Positions 38,525 to 49,546 of a stretch of 64,000 bases of DNA are shown here, in pieces. A program made the translations under genes and the position numbers. The notes beneath the pieces are model-generated. The model was not told where the DNA came from and did no database searches. It worked only from the letters and a program-made list of their open reading frames with translations. The DNA comes from Felis catus. Its lineage: Eukaryota. The stretch's first letter is position 1. Every line of letters begins with the position of its first letter. The stretch covers positions 135,162,001-135,226,000 of the forward strand of contig NC_058368.1 of the NCBI RefSeq assembly GCF_018350175.1, given 5' to 3'.

Positions 38525-39072
38525 AAGAAAGAAGGGAGGATGGGAGGAAGGAAAGGTGGAAGAAAGGCAGGGAAGAAAGAAGGAAGAAAGGATCAACCTA
38601 AAAACCTTCCACTGTGGGATATTTAAATAATTGATGGAATTCTATTCAAGATATTATTGTGAATTCATTAAAATAATTTTTAAAGAGTAGCAACCACATG
38701 CTTGCTATAAATGCTTGCTATGACTTTTGGAGGAAATGCAGAATACTAGTATCATTAACCACACATATGTGAGGAAGACAGAAAGCATATTATTAATACT
38801 ACATATTATATATAATATATCTTATTACATGTTTATATATAACATTTTTATATATGCAAAATAAAATGGAGATCATGCTATATGCTTATTTTTATATCCT
38901 ACCTTTGGTATATAATATTTTATTTATGAGCATTAAATATTCCTTAAAAATATGATTTTCAGCACCTGCATAGAAGTCTATCATGTGAACATCCCACAAT
39001 TTATTAGGGTGAACCACACAAAAAGGTGTTTTGTAGGACACCATTTATCAGCTGTCAATAATTTCATATGCT

Positions 39073-39304
39073 GGATCACCTAGGTGGCTCAGTTGGTTAA
39101 GCGTTCAACTTCGGCTCAAGTCATGATCTCACGGTTCGTGGGTTCGAGCCCTGCATCGGGCTCTGTGCTGACAGCTGGGGCCTGGAGCCTGTTTCCGATT
39201 CTGTGTCTCCCTCTCTCTCTGCCCCTCCCCCATTCATGCTCTGTCTCTCTCTGTCCCAAAAATAAATAAACGTTGAAAAAAAAAATTAAAAAAAAAATTT
39301 TTTT
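39073..39304 (+). mobile_element. CanSINE with perfect 16-bp TSD
   Basis: AATAATTTCATATGCT at 39057-39072 and 39305-39320. Confidence 0.95.
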
Positions 39305-39331
39305 AATAATTTCATATGCTTCAATTCAGTA

Positions 39332-39650
39332 CAGTTGACCCCTGAACAACATGAGGGTTAGGGGCTTTGACGCCCTGCACAGTCAGAAATCCATGTGTAA
39401 CACTGACTACCTAAAACCTTAATTACTAATAGCCTCCTATTGACCAGAAGCCTTAATGTAACACAGTTGATTGACATGTTTTCTATGTTATATGCATTAT
39501 ACACTGTATTCTTACAATAAAGTAAGCTAAAGAAAAGAAGGTATTTAGAAAATCAAAAGGAAAATGCATTTATAGTACCGTATTGATTGAAAAAACCTGC
39601 ATATGAATGCACCCACATGGTTCAAGCCCATGTTGTTCAAAGATTAACTG
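39332..39650. mobile_element. Tigger2-type (TcMar) non-autonomous DNA transposon
   Basis: Terminal inverted repeats CAGTTGACCCCTGAACAACATG and CATGTTGTTCAAAGATTAACTG; TA before the left end. Confidence 0.85.
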
Positions 39651-41729
39651 AATTTATCTAACTACCATTGGGGGCACTTGGGTTTTGTTAATTACTCATA
39701 GTGGAATCAGCTTAAACAAATATTTAATGCATCTTATGTTATTTGGATGAAATTTCTAGTAGGAGAATTTGTAGATAAGCACATTTTTGAGGTTCCCCAA
39801 ATATTTTTCCATATTGCCCTTCAAGAACTTGTACCAATCCACATCCCCATAGCAGTCCTTGTCATTCTGTTTTTATTGCACTCCAAATGCGAGAAACTCC
39901 TTATAGTTTCTTTTTAACACATAATACTCTAGAACAAATTGCCATGTTTCCTTTCTTTTCCATTTAAGATAACTGACTCCCCAGAATAGTTGTGAACAAT
40001 TTGTTTCATCAAAGCTTGTTGGTGTGGAGAAAAAAGTTTTCTGTTGAAACTCTCTCTGGGAAGATCCAAATTAGAAATCAGTTCTGAAGTCTGGAGTGAG
40101 GAACATATGGGCTAGGTTCCGTGCAAGGTAAACACAGCAACAGGCAGAAACAGGGAGGTGGAAATTCCAGAGTAAAACTCAGAATTCTCAAGGTTAGAGT
40201 CTAGAGAAGTGGTAGAAATCCACCAGTTCAGACTGGAATAGAGTGAAGGGCAAAGTATGACAGCCATTAAAAGAGAGGGCTTGGATGTCTTTGGTGTCTA
40301 TCTATGGCCAGTGATGTCTCCATCTCTGCCAGAGTAACCCAGTGTCTCAATCAGCATCCACATCGCTACAGAGACCTGAAACCTGGCTGTCACAAAATCA
40401 GATGGCAACATGGTGCTGAGTGATGGTTATAGTCTAGGGGACAAGAAATGATAAAAAGATGAGAGCAGATCATTGACAAGGTGCCCTTCTATGGGGATTT
40501 CTATTAACTCCTTTCAGTGTAAGCAGCAAATCTCCCACTGGTTCAGATAAATACCCTGACAAGGGTAGTAAACAATTCCTTGGCCATTCTGACTACCTAC
40601 CCCTCAAAAGGAAGAATACTGGGAGGTTTGAAGGGCCCAGTATAGCCTGGGGGCTACCCAGGACCTCTGTAAAGGGAACTCAAAGAGTGACTTTGTCCTC
40701 CAGAAACAACCTAAAGAAAAGGCAGAAATCCTCTAGCCAAAGTGACCCCAGGCCAACTAAAACATCAAGCTGAATAAAAATGTGGAGACCTTTCAAGGGG
40801 AGGCTCCATAATGAGCAATTCCAAAAGGTTCTTTCAGCCATGGCAAATTCCTGGTTCCCAATAAAACTCCAGACCCCCAAGTTTGCTTGCCTGGGGACTT
40901 CCTCTAGGAGCAAAATACAGAGCTTCCTTGGAGCTTTTCAAAGACCTTTTCACAGATTGTCACGTCCTCACCAACAGCAAGTACACCATCAGCAGAAATG
41001 CATAAACCAGTAAACCAGCTTGGTTCAGCTCATGAACACACCCAGACCTAATTTTCCTCCTCCAAGCTCATTGGCTATAAAGACATTCAAGCTTCAATAA
41101 TTTAGTTTCACACATCACCGGCAACTAAATTTCATACTTGTCAAAACTTAATGAATTGCTTTTGAGTTGTGGGCCAGAGTCTGGAACTGACCCTAGTCCC
41201 CGTGCAGTTTCCCTCTTCAAACCTCTCAGATTCCTATCCTTTCATTGTACAACCAGCAATAAAAACAGGTAGTCAGAAAATGGATCTTTAAGCTTCTACG
41301 TTTCAGAAAAGATGAAGAAACTCAGCTTTCATTTCTTTTAAAAATATTCCCTCTCCTACTTCTGATTCGGAGTTATGCATGTAGAGTTAACTCTACAAGG
41401 ACTTCTCAATTATATATAATAAATTTTCTGTTCATACTTGCTCATCATATAACAATTCAAACCAGTGGTTCCTGTATTCTTTCCATAAGTACTTCCTTGG
41501 GCATCTGACCTATCTCCACAGATACCCATTTCTCACTGCTATTGTTGAATTTATGTACATTAGCATGACTTTTTCTCTTTCTACTCTATAGCCAGTATTA
41601 GCTAACTTCACCTGAGAAAAGCTTTGAGGGTTTCAATTTCCTGGAAGACCCACTTAAAGTCCTAGAGAACATCAGTGGACAAGTACCTATTTTGAGAACC
41701 TTTAGACAAATCTTCTCTCACCTATTCTT

Positions 41730-41950
41730 TTTTTTTTTTTTCATTTATTTAATGTTTATTTATTTTTGAGAGAGAAAGAGACAAAGCATGAGCCGGGGAG
41801 GGGCAGAGAGAAACGGAGACACAGAATCCGAAGCAGGCTCCAGGCTCTGAGCTGTCAACACAGAGACCAACACAGGGCTTAAACCCAAAAAACCCAAGAT
41901 CATGACCTGAGAAGTCGGACGCTTAACCGACTGAGCCACCCAGGTGCCCT
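41730..41950 (-). mobile_element. CanSINE
   Basis: T tail; ends CTGAGCCACCCAGGTGCCC; CTCTCAC.TATTCTT flanks. Confidence 0.95.
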
Positions 41951-41998
41951 ATCTCTCACTTATTCTTTTTTTTTTTTTATAATCTCTCACCTGTTCTT

Positions 41999-42223
41999 CT
42001 TTTTTTTTTTTAATTTTTTTTAACGTTTTTATTTATTTTTGAGACAGAAAGAGACAGAGCATGAACGGGGGAAGGGCAGAGAGAGAGGGACACAGAATCG
42101 GAAGCAGGCTCCAGGCTCTGAGCCATCAGCCCAGAGCCCGACGCGGGGCTCGAACTCACAGACCGCGAGATGGTGACCTGAGCTGAAGTCAGACGCCCAA
42201 CCGACCGAGCCACCCAGGCGCCG
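41999..42223 (-). mobile_element. Young CanSINE (SINEC_Fc)
   Basis: Perfect TSD CTCTCACCTGTTCTT at 41984-41998 and 42224-42238. Confidence 0.96.
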
Positions 42224-42529
42224 CTCTCACCTGTTCTTAAGTGCTACCTCACAGACTCCAGATGAAACCCCTCAAACATTGCTAATGAGATTGAAAACTT
42301 AGGTCTGGAGCATTTTTTTAAATATTTGTTTCATTTATGTTTAGCCAGTTTACATGGTTTTGGTGGTGATTTTTTAAAAGTAAAAACTACAGTAGAACTA
42401 AACTGAGTTTATACTTTGTTCCCAATATACTCTTAGCCCCAAATTTTGAACTCCCATGAGTAATGGGCAGATCATACTTTTCCATTTTATTAGAGAAAAA
42501 AAAAAACGGCTTTATTTTAGGCTATTTTT

Positions 42530-43574
42530 CCAATTTCAGTATGACCAAGAAATCTCTTACCAGACTCTAGCCACAAACAGATAACTATAAAGCATGGATA
42601 AATTATACAAACACAAATCAAATATCCAAAGGCTATTATTAGAGTGAACTCAAGCAGGTATACTCTGGGTAAAACCTCGGCTTTGAGAAAAGGGATTGAT
42701 TCTGGCTGAATTAACAGTTTTCATGCCTTTGGCTTAAAGTCAGGCTGAAGTCAGTGTCACACAGGGTGACTATACCTCTAATAAAAAAGTCACATTTGGA
42801 GGGGGAGGAGGCCCAAAAGACGGAATTGGGGGCAACCAGAGCTACAAGAAAACAAGAAGGAAATTTCAGAAAGGAGTGATCCAAAGAGGTGGAGTCGCCA
42901 GTTTTTTATATACATTTTTCCCAGGTGTCTATCTGAATGACCCTTAAATCACAAATGCATATGGAAGATCTCCAAGTCCCTCATAAATAAGTAAACAAAC
43001 AAACAAATAAATAAATAAATAAATAAATCACACTAAACTGAAATTTGAGCCACCACCAAAGAGACAGCATTTGAAGTCTGAATCACCAAGTTAATTGCCT
43101 GCTGAAACAAACAAAAAAATGTAACAGAATTCGGAACATCCATAACCAATCGTTCACACTGTTCAGGGCACGGTCTAAGATTTCTTACCAAATAAAGAAA
43201 CTCTCCTCAACAAAATAAAGGAAAGTATTCTCACAATAAATGAAAAGGCCATAAATATCTTGCGAAAAATGAAAACTATTTTTAAAACTATATAGAAATA
43301 CTAAAACTGAAAAACACTATATCTAAAATTAAAAATTCACTGAATGCGCCTAATAATACAAAGGAAGAGACAGAAATGCCAGTTAAGCTTGAAGACTTAT
43401 AAATAGAAAAAAAGTCACACCTAAAAGAAGTGGGGGGTGGGGGGAGAAGATTGGAAAAAATGAAACCCATGGACATGTAGAATAATTTTTTTGAAAAAAA
43501 AGTCTAATATATGTGTAATTGGAGTTCCATGAAGAGAAGAGAGACAAAGAGGGCATTAGAAATAATTAAAGCTA
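42530..43574 (+). mobile_element. Ancient L1 (L1M-type) 5' region/ORF1 remnant, left part interrupted by the young L1
   Basis: Degenerate ORF1-like text, e.g. TCTAATATATGTGTAATTGGAGTTCCA (N-I-x-V-I-G-V-P), continuing after the young L1 TSD. Confidence 0.7.
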
Positions 43575-44491
43575 GGGCAAGATGGCGGCTTAGGAGGACG
43601 CTGGGCTCACCGCGCGTCCTGCTGATCACTTACACCTACACCTGCCTAAATAACCCAGAAAACCGCCAGAGGATTAGCAGAACGGAGTCGCCGGAGCCAA
43701 ACGCAGACGAGAGGCCCACGGAAGAGGGTAGGAAGGGCGGCGTGGCGGTGCGCGCTCCACGGACTGGCGGGAGGGAGCCGGGGCGGAGGGGCGGCTCGCC
43801 GGCCAAGCAGAGCCCCCGAGTCTGGCTGGCAAAAGCGGAGGGGCCTGACGGACTGTGTTCCCACAACAAGCGCGACTTAGTGTCTGGGAGGTCATAAGTT
43901 AACAGCTCTGCTTGGAAAGCGGGAAGGCTGGAGGACAAAGGGAGGGAGAGCTGCTGAGCCCCCTGACGACAGAGCTCAGCTTGGTGGGGAACAAAGGCGC
44001 TCGCCAGCGCCATCTCCCCCGCCCATCCCCCAGCCAAAATCCCAAAGAGAACCAGTTCCTGCCAGGGAACTTGCTCGCTCCGCGCAAACACCCAACTCTG
44101 TGCTTCTGCGGAGCCAAACCTCCGGCAGCGGATCTGACTCCCTCCCGCTGCCACAGGGCCCCTCCTGAAGAGGATCACCTAAGGAGAAGCGATCTAAGCC
44201 TGCCCCTCCTACCCCCGTGCACCTTGCCTACCCACCCCAGCTAATACGCCAAATCCCCAGCATCACAAGCCTGGCAGTGTGCAAGTAGCCCAGACGGGCC
44301 ACACCACCCCACAGTGAATCCCGCCCCTAGGAGAGGGGAAGAGAAGGCACACACCAGTCTGACTGTGGCCCCAGCGGTGGGCTGGGGGCAGACATCAGGT
44401 CTGACTGCGGCCCCGCCCACCAACTCCAGTTATACACCACAACACAGGGGAAGTGCCCTGCAGGTCCTCACCACGCCAGGGACTATCCAAA
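43575..44491 (+). promoter_or_regulatory. L1 5' UTR internal Pol II promoter with YY1 motif and CpG island
   Basis: CAAGATGGCGGC (YY1 consensus) at ~43578-43589; dense CpGs ~43585-43880 in an otherwise CpG-poor window; lies directly upstream of ORF1 ATG. Confidence 0.85.
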
Positions 44492-45385
44492 ATGACCAAG
44501 CGGAAGAATTCCCCTCAGAAGAATCTCCAGGAAATAACAACAGCTAATGAACTGATCAAAAAGGATTTAAATAATTTAACAGAAAGTGAATTTAGAATAA
44601 TAGTCATAAAATTAATCGCTGGGCTTGAAAACAGTATACAGGACAGCAGAGAATCTCTTGCTACAGAGATCAAGGGACTAAGGAACAGTCACGAGGAGCT
44701 GAAAAACGCTTTAAACGAAATGCATAACAAAATGGAAACCACCACAGCTCGGCTTGAAGAGGCAGAGGAGAGAATAGGTGAACTAGAGGATAAAGTTATG
44801 GAAAAAGAGGAAGCTGAGAAAAAGAGAGATAAAAAAATCCAGGAGTATGAGGGGAAAATTAGAGAACTAAGTGATACACTAAAAAGAAATAATATACGCA
44901 TAATTGGTATCCCAGAGGAGGAAGAGAGAGGGAAAGGTGCTGAAGGGGTACTTGAAGAAATAATAGCTGAGAACTTCCCTGAACTGGGGAAGGAAAAAGG
45001 CATTGAAATCCAAGAGGCACAGAGAACTCCCTTCAGACGTAACTTGAATCGATCTTCTGCACGACATATCATAGTGAAACTGGCAAAATACAAGGATAAA
45101 GAGAAAATTCTGAAAGCAGCAAGGGGTAAACGTGCCCTCACATATAAAGGGAGACCTATAAGACTCGTGACTGATCTCTCTTTTGAAACTTGGCAGGCCA
45201 GAAAGAATTGGCACGAGATTTTCAGGGTGCTAGACAGAAAAAATATGCAGCCGAGAATCCTTTACCCAGCAAGTCTGTCATTTAGAATAGAAGGAGAGAT
45301 AAAGGTTTTCCCAAACAAACAAAAACTGAAGGAATTTGTCACCACTAAACCAGCCCTACAAGAGATCCTAAGGGGGACCCTGTGA
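44492..45385 (+). CDS. L1 ORF1p (coiled-coil + RRM + CTD RNA-binding chaperone), 297 aa from ATG 44492
   Basis: [10 protein letters not shown] start (ORF track begins at an upstream GTG); heptad-rich coiled coil; [45 protein letters not shown] and [14 protein letters not shown] motifs typical of L1 ORF1p. Confidence 0.96.
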   Translation: MTKRKNSPQKNLQEITTANELIKKDLNNLTESEFRIIVIKLIAGLENSIQDSRESLATEIKGLRNSHEELKNALNEMHNKMETTTARLEEAEERIGELEDKVMEKEEAEKKRDKKIQEYEGKIRELSDTLKRNNIRIIGIPEEEERGKGAEGVLEEIIAENFPELGKEKGIEIQEAQRTPFRRNLNRSSARHIIVKLAKYKDKEKILKAARGKRALTYKGRPIRLVTDLSFETWQARKNWHEIFRVLDRKNMQPRILYPASLSFRIEGEIKVFPNKQKLKEFVTTKPALQEILRGTL

Positions 45386-45435
45386 GACAAAGTCCCAGAG
45401 ACATCACTACAAGCATAAATCATACAGACATCACA

Positions 45436-48400
45436 ATGACTCTCAACCCGTATCTTTCTATAATAACACTGAATGTAAATGGATTAAATGCACCAACCAA
45501 AAGACATAGGGTATCAGAATGGATAAAAAAACAAGACCCATCTATTTGCTGTCTACAAGAGACTCATTTTAGACCTGAGGACACCTTTAGATTGAGAGTG
45601 AGGGGATGGAGAACTATTTATCATGCGACTGGAAGCCAAAAGAAAGCTGGAGTAGCCATACTTATATCAGACAAACTAGACTTTAAATTAAAGGCTGTAA
45701 CAAGAGATGAAGAAGGACATTATATAATAGTTACAGGGTCTATCCATCAGGAAGAGCTAACAATTATAAATGTCTATGCGCCGAATACCGGAGCCCCCAA
45801 ATATATAAAACAATTACTCATAAACATAAGCAATCTTATTGATAAGAATGTGGTAATTGCAGGGGACTTTAACACCCCACTTACAGAAATGGACAGATCA
45901 TCTAGACACACGATCAATAAAGAAACAAGGGCCCTGAATGAGACATTGGATCAGATGGACTTGACAGATATATTTAGAACGCTGCATCCCAAAGCAACAG
46001 AATATACTTTCTTCTCGAGTGCACATGGAACATTCTCCAAGATAGATCACATACTGGGTCACAAAACAGCCCTTCATAAGTTTACAAGAATTGAAATTAT
46101 ACCATGCATACTTTCAGACCACAATGCTATGAAGCTTGAAATCAACCACAGGAAAAAGTCTGGAAAACCTCCAAAGGCATGGAGGTTAAAGAACACCCTA
46201 CTAACGAATGAGTGGGTCAACCAGGCAATTAGAGAAGAAATTAAAAAATATATGGAAACAAACGAAAATGAAAATACAACAATCCAAACGCTTTGGGACG
46301 CAGCGAAGGCAGTCCTGAGAGGAAAATACATTGCAATCCAGGCCTATCTCAAGAAACAAGAAAAATCCCAAATACAAAATCTAACAGCACACCTAAAGGA
46401 ACTAGAAGCAGAACAGCAAAGGCAGCCTAAACCCAGCAGAAGAAGAGAAATAATAAAGATCAGAGCAGAAATAAACAATATAGAATCTAAAAAAACTGTA
46501 GAGCAGATCAACGAAACCAAGAGTTGGTTTTTTGAAAAAATAAACAAAATTGACAAACCTCTAGCCAGGCTTCTCAAAAAGAAAAGGGAGATGACCCAAA
46601 TAGATAAAATCATGAATGAAAATGGAATTATTACAACCAATCCCTCAGAGATACAAACAATTATCAGGGAATACTATGAAAAATTATATGCCAACAAACT
46701 GGACAACCTGGAAGAAATGGACAAATTCCTGAACACCCACACTCTTCCAAAACTCAATCAGGAGGAAATAGAAAGCTTGAACAGACCCATAACCAGTGAA
46801 GAAATTGAATCGGTTATCAAAAATCTCCCAACAAATAAGAGTCCAGGACCAGATGGCTTCCCAGGGGAGTTCTACCAGACGTTTAAAGCAGAGATAATAC
46901 CTATCCTTCTCAAGCTATTCCAAGAAATAGAAAGGGAAGGAAAACTTCCAGACTCATTCTATGAAGCCAGTATTACTTTGATTCCTAAACCTGACAGAGA
47001 CCCAGTAAAAAAAGAGAACTACAGGCCAATATCCCTGATGAATATGGATGCAAAAATTCTCAATAAGATACTAGCAAATCGAATTCAACGGCATATAAAA
47101 AGAATTATTCACCATGATCAAGTGGGATTCATTCCTGGGATGCAGGGCTGGTTCAACATTCGCAAATCAATCAACGTGATACATCACATTAACAAAAAAA
47201 AAGAGAAGAACCATATGATCCTGTCAATCGATGCAGAAAAGGCCTTTGACAAAATCCAGCACCCTTTCTTAATAAAAACCCTTGAGAAAGTCGGGATAGA
47301 AGGAACATACTTAAAGATCATAAAAGCCATCTATGAAAAGCCCACAGCTAACATCATCCTCAACGGGGAAAAACTGAGAGCTTTTTCCCTGAGATCAGGA
47401 ACACGGCAAGGATGCCCACTCTCACCGCTGCTGTTTAACATAGTGCTGGAAGTTCTAGCATCAGCAATCAGACAACAAAAGGAAATCAAAGGCATCAAAA
47501 TTGGCAAAGACGAAGTCAAGCTTTCGCTTTTTGCAGATGACATGATATTATACATGGAAAATCCGACAGACTCCACCAAAAGTCTACTAGAACTGATACA
47601 GGAATTCAGCAAAGTTGCAGGATACAAAATCAATGTACAGAAATCAGTTGCATTCTTATACACTAACAATGAAGCAACAGAAAGACAAATAAAGAAACTG
47701 ATCCCATTCACAATTGCACCAAGAAGCATAAAATACCTAGGAATAAATCTAACCAAAGATGTAAAGGATCTGTATGCTGAAAACTATAGAAAGCTTATGA
47801 AGGAAATTGAAGAAGATTTAAAGAAATGGAAAGACATTCCCTGCTCATGGATTGGAAAAATAAATATTGTCAAAATGTCAATACTACCCAAAGCTATCTA
47901 CACATTCAATGCAATCCCAATCAAAATTGCACCAGCATTCTTCTTGAAACTAGAACAAGCAATCCTAAAATTCATATGGAACCACAAAAGGCCCCGAATA
48001 GCCAAAGGAATTTTGAAGAAGAAGACCAAAGCAGGAGGCATCACAATCCCAGACTTTAGCCTCTACTACAAAGCTGTCATCATCAAGACAGCATGGTATT
48101 GGCACAGAAACAGACACATAGACCAATGGAATAGAATAGAAACCCCAGAACTAGACCCACAAACGTATGGCCAACTCATCTTTGACAAAGCAGGAAAGAA
48201 CATCCAATGGAAAAAAGACAGCCTCTTTAACAAATGGTGCTGGGAGAACTGGACAGCAACATGCAGAAGGTTGAAACTAGACCACTTTCTCACACCATTC
48301 ACAAAAATAAACTCAAAATGGATAAAGGACCGAAATGTGAGACAGGAAACCATCAAAACCTTAGAGGAGAAAGCAGGAAAAGACCTCTCTGACCTCAGCC

Positions 48401-49260
48401 GTAGCAATCTCTTACTCGACACATCCCCAAAGGCAAGGGAATTAAAAGCAAAAGTGAATTACTGGGACCTTATGAAGATAAAAAGCTTCTGCACAGCAAA
48501 GGAAACAACCAACAAAACTAAAAGGCAACCAACGGAATGGGAAAAGATATTCGCAAATGACATATCGGACAAAGGGCTAGTATCCAAAATCTATAAAGAG
48601 CTCACCAAACTCCACACCCGAAAAACAAATAACCCAGTGAAGAAATGGGCAGAAAACATGAATAGACACTTCTCTAAAGAAGACATCCGGATGGCCAACA
48701 GGCACATGAAAAGATGTTCAGCGTCGCTCCTTATCAGGGAAATACAAATCAAAACCACACTCAGGTATCACCTCACGCCAGTCAGAGTGGCCAAAATGAA
48801 CAAATCAGGAGACTCTAGATGCTGGAGAGGATGTGGAGAAACGGGAACCCTCTTGCACTGTTGGTGGGAATGCAAATTGGTGCAGCCGCTCTGGAAAGCA
48901 GTGTGGAGGTGCCTCAGAAAATTAAAAATAGACCTACCCTATGACCCAGCAATAGCACTGCTAGGAATTTATCCAAGGGATACAGGAGTACTGATGCATA
49001 GGGCCACTTGTACCCCAATGTTCATAGCAGCACTCTCAACAATAGCCAAATTATGGAAAGAGCCTAAATGTCCATCAACTGATGAATGGATAAAGAAATT
49101 GTGGTTTATATACACAATGGAATATTACGTGGCAATGAGAAAAAATGAAATATGGCCTTTTGTAGCAACGTGGATGGAACTGGAGAGTGTGATGCTAAGT
49201 GAAATAAGCCATACAGAGAAAGACAGATACCATATGGTTTCACTCTTATGTGGACCCTGA
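45436..49260 (+). CDS. L1 ORF2p (APE endonuclease + reverse transcriptase + Cys-rich domain), 1274 aa from ATG 45436
   Basis: EN motifs [35 protein letters not shown]-box-like [10 protein letters not shown] motifs [36 protein letters not shown]...HCWWEC knuckle; no stops or frameshifts. Confidence 0.98.
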   Translation: MTLNPYLSIITLNVNGLNAPTKRHRVSEWIKKQDPSICCLQETHFRPEDTFRLRVRGWRTIYHATGSQKKAGVAILISDKLDFKLKAVTRDEEGHYIIVTGSIHQEELTIINVYAPNTGAPKYIKQLLINISNLIDKNVVIAGDFNTPLTEMDRSSRHTINKETRALNETLDQMDLTDIFRTLHPKATEYTFFSSAHGTFSKIDHILGHKTALHKFTRIEIIPCILSDHNAMKLEINHRKKSGKPPKAWRLKNTLLTNEWVNQAIREEIKKYMETNENENTTIQTLWDAAKAVLRGKYIAIQAYLKKQEKSQIQNLTAHLKELEAEQQRQPKPSRRREIIKIRAEINNIESKKTVEQINETKSWFFEKINKIDKPLARLLKKKREMTQIDKIMNENGIITTNPSEIQTIIREYYEKLYANKLDNLEEMDKFLNTHTLPKLNQEEIESLNRPITSEEIESVIKNLPTNKSPGPDGFPGEFYQTFKAEIIPILLKLFQEIEREGKLPDSFYEASITLIPKPDRDPVKKENYRPISLMNMDAKILNKILANRIQRHIKRIIHHDQVGFIPGMQGWFNIRKSINVIHHINKKKEKNHMILSIDAEKAFDKIQHPFLIKTLEKVGIEGTYLKIIKAIYEKPTANIILNGEKLRAFSLRSGTRQGCPLSPLLFNIVLEVLASAIRQQKEIKGIKIGKDEVKLSLFADDMILYMENPTDSTKSLLELIQEFSKVAGYKINVQKSVAFLYTNNEATERQIKKLIPFTIAPRSIKYLGINLTKDVKDLYAENYRKLMKEIEEDLKKWKDIPCSWIGKINIVKMSILPKAIYTFNAIPIKIAPAFFLKLEQAILKFIWNHKRPRIAKGILKKKTKAGGITIPDFSLYYKAVIIKTAWYWHRNRHIDQWNRIETPELDPQTYGQLIFDKAGKNIQWKKDSLFNKWCWENWTATCRRLKLDHFLTPFTKINSKWIKDRNVRQETIKTLEEKAGKDLSDLSRSNLLLDTSPKARELKAKVNYWDLMKIKSFCTAKETTNKTKRQPTEWEKIFANDISDKGLVSKIYKELTKLHTRKTNNPVKKWAENMNRHFSKEDIRMANRHMKRCSASLLIREIQIKTTLRYHLTPVRVAKMNKSGDSRCWRGCGETGTLLHCWWECKLVQPLWKAVWRCLRKLKIDLPYDPAIALLGIYPRDTGVLMHRATCTPMFIAALSTIAKLWKEPKCPSTDEWIKKLWFIYTMEYYVAMRKNEIWPFVATWMELESVMLSEISHTEKDRYHMVSLLCGP

Positions 49261-49498
49261 GAATTTAACAGGAACCCATGGGGGAGGGGAAGGAAAAAAA
49301 AAACAGGTTAGAGTGGGAGAGAGCCAAAGTATAAGAGACTCTTAAAAACTGAGAACAAACTGAGGGTTGATGGGGGGTGGGAGGGAGGAGAGGGTGGGTG
49401 ATGGGTATTGAGGAGGGCACCTTTTGGGATGAGCACTTGGTGTTGTATGGAAACTAATTTGTCAATAAATTTCATATTAAAAAAAAAAAATATGCCTG

Positions 49499-49533
<35 letters not shown>

Positions 49534-49546
49534 ATAATTAAAGCTA

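Larger units (their letters stand above)
43575..49529 (+). mobile_element. Full-length young LINE-1 retrotransposon (felid/carnivore L1)
   Basis: GC/CpG-rich 5' UTR starting GGGCAAGATGGCGGC, open ORF1 and ORF2, G-rich 3' UTR, AATAAA at 49464-49469, poly(A). Perfect 17-bp TSD AGAAATAATTAAAGCTA at 43558-43574 and 49530-49546, preceded by TT (TT/AGAA L1 endonuclease site). Confidence 0.98.

Noticed and set aside
40780..41013. 77-aa ATG ORF (MWRPFKGRLH...) as a possible retrocopy
   Set aside because: No recognisable family, poly(A) or TSD.
45190..45280. ORF1p ARK and YPAS in place of human ARR and YPAK as inactivating changes
   Set aside because: From memory these appear to be carnivore/felid family-typical residues; they cannot be called defects without a consensus alignment.
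44689..48422. Hydrophobic - strand ORFs opposite L1 ORF1/ORF2
   Set aside because: Shadow ORFs of the A-rich L1 coding strand, with no independent support.
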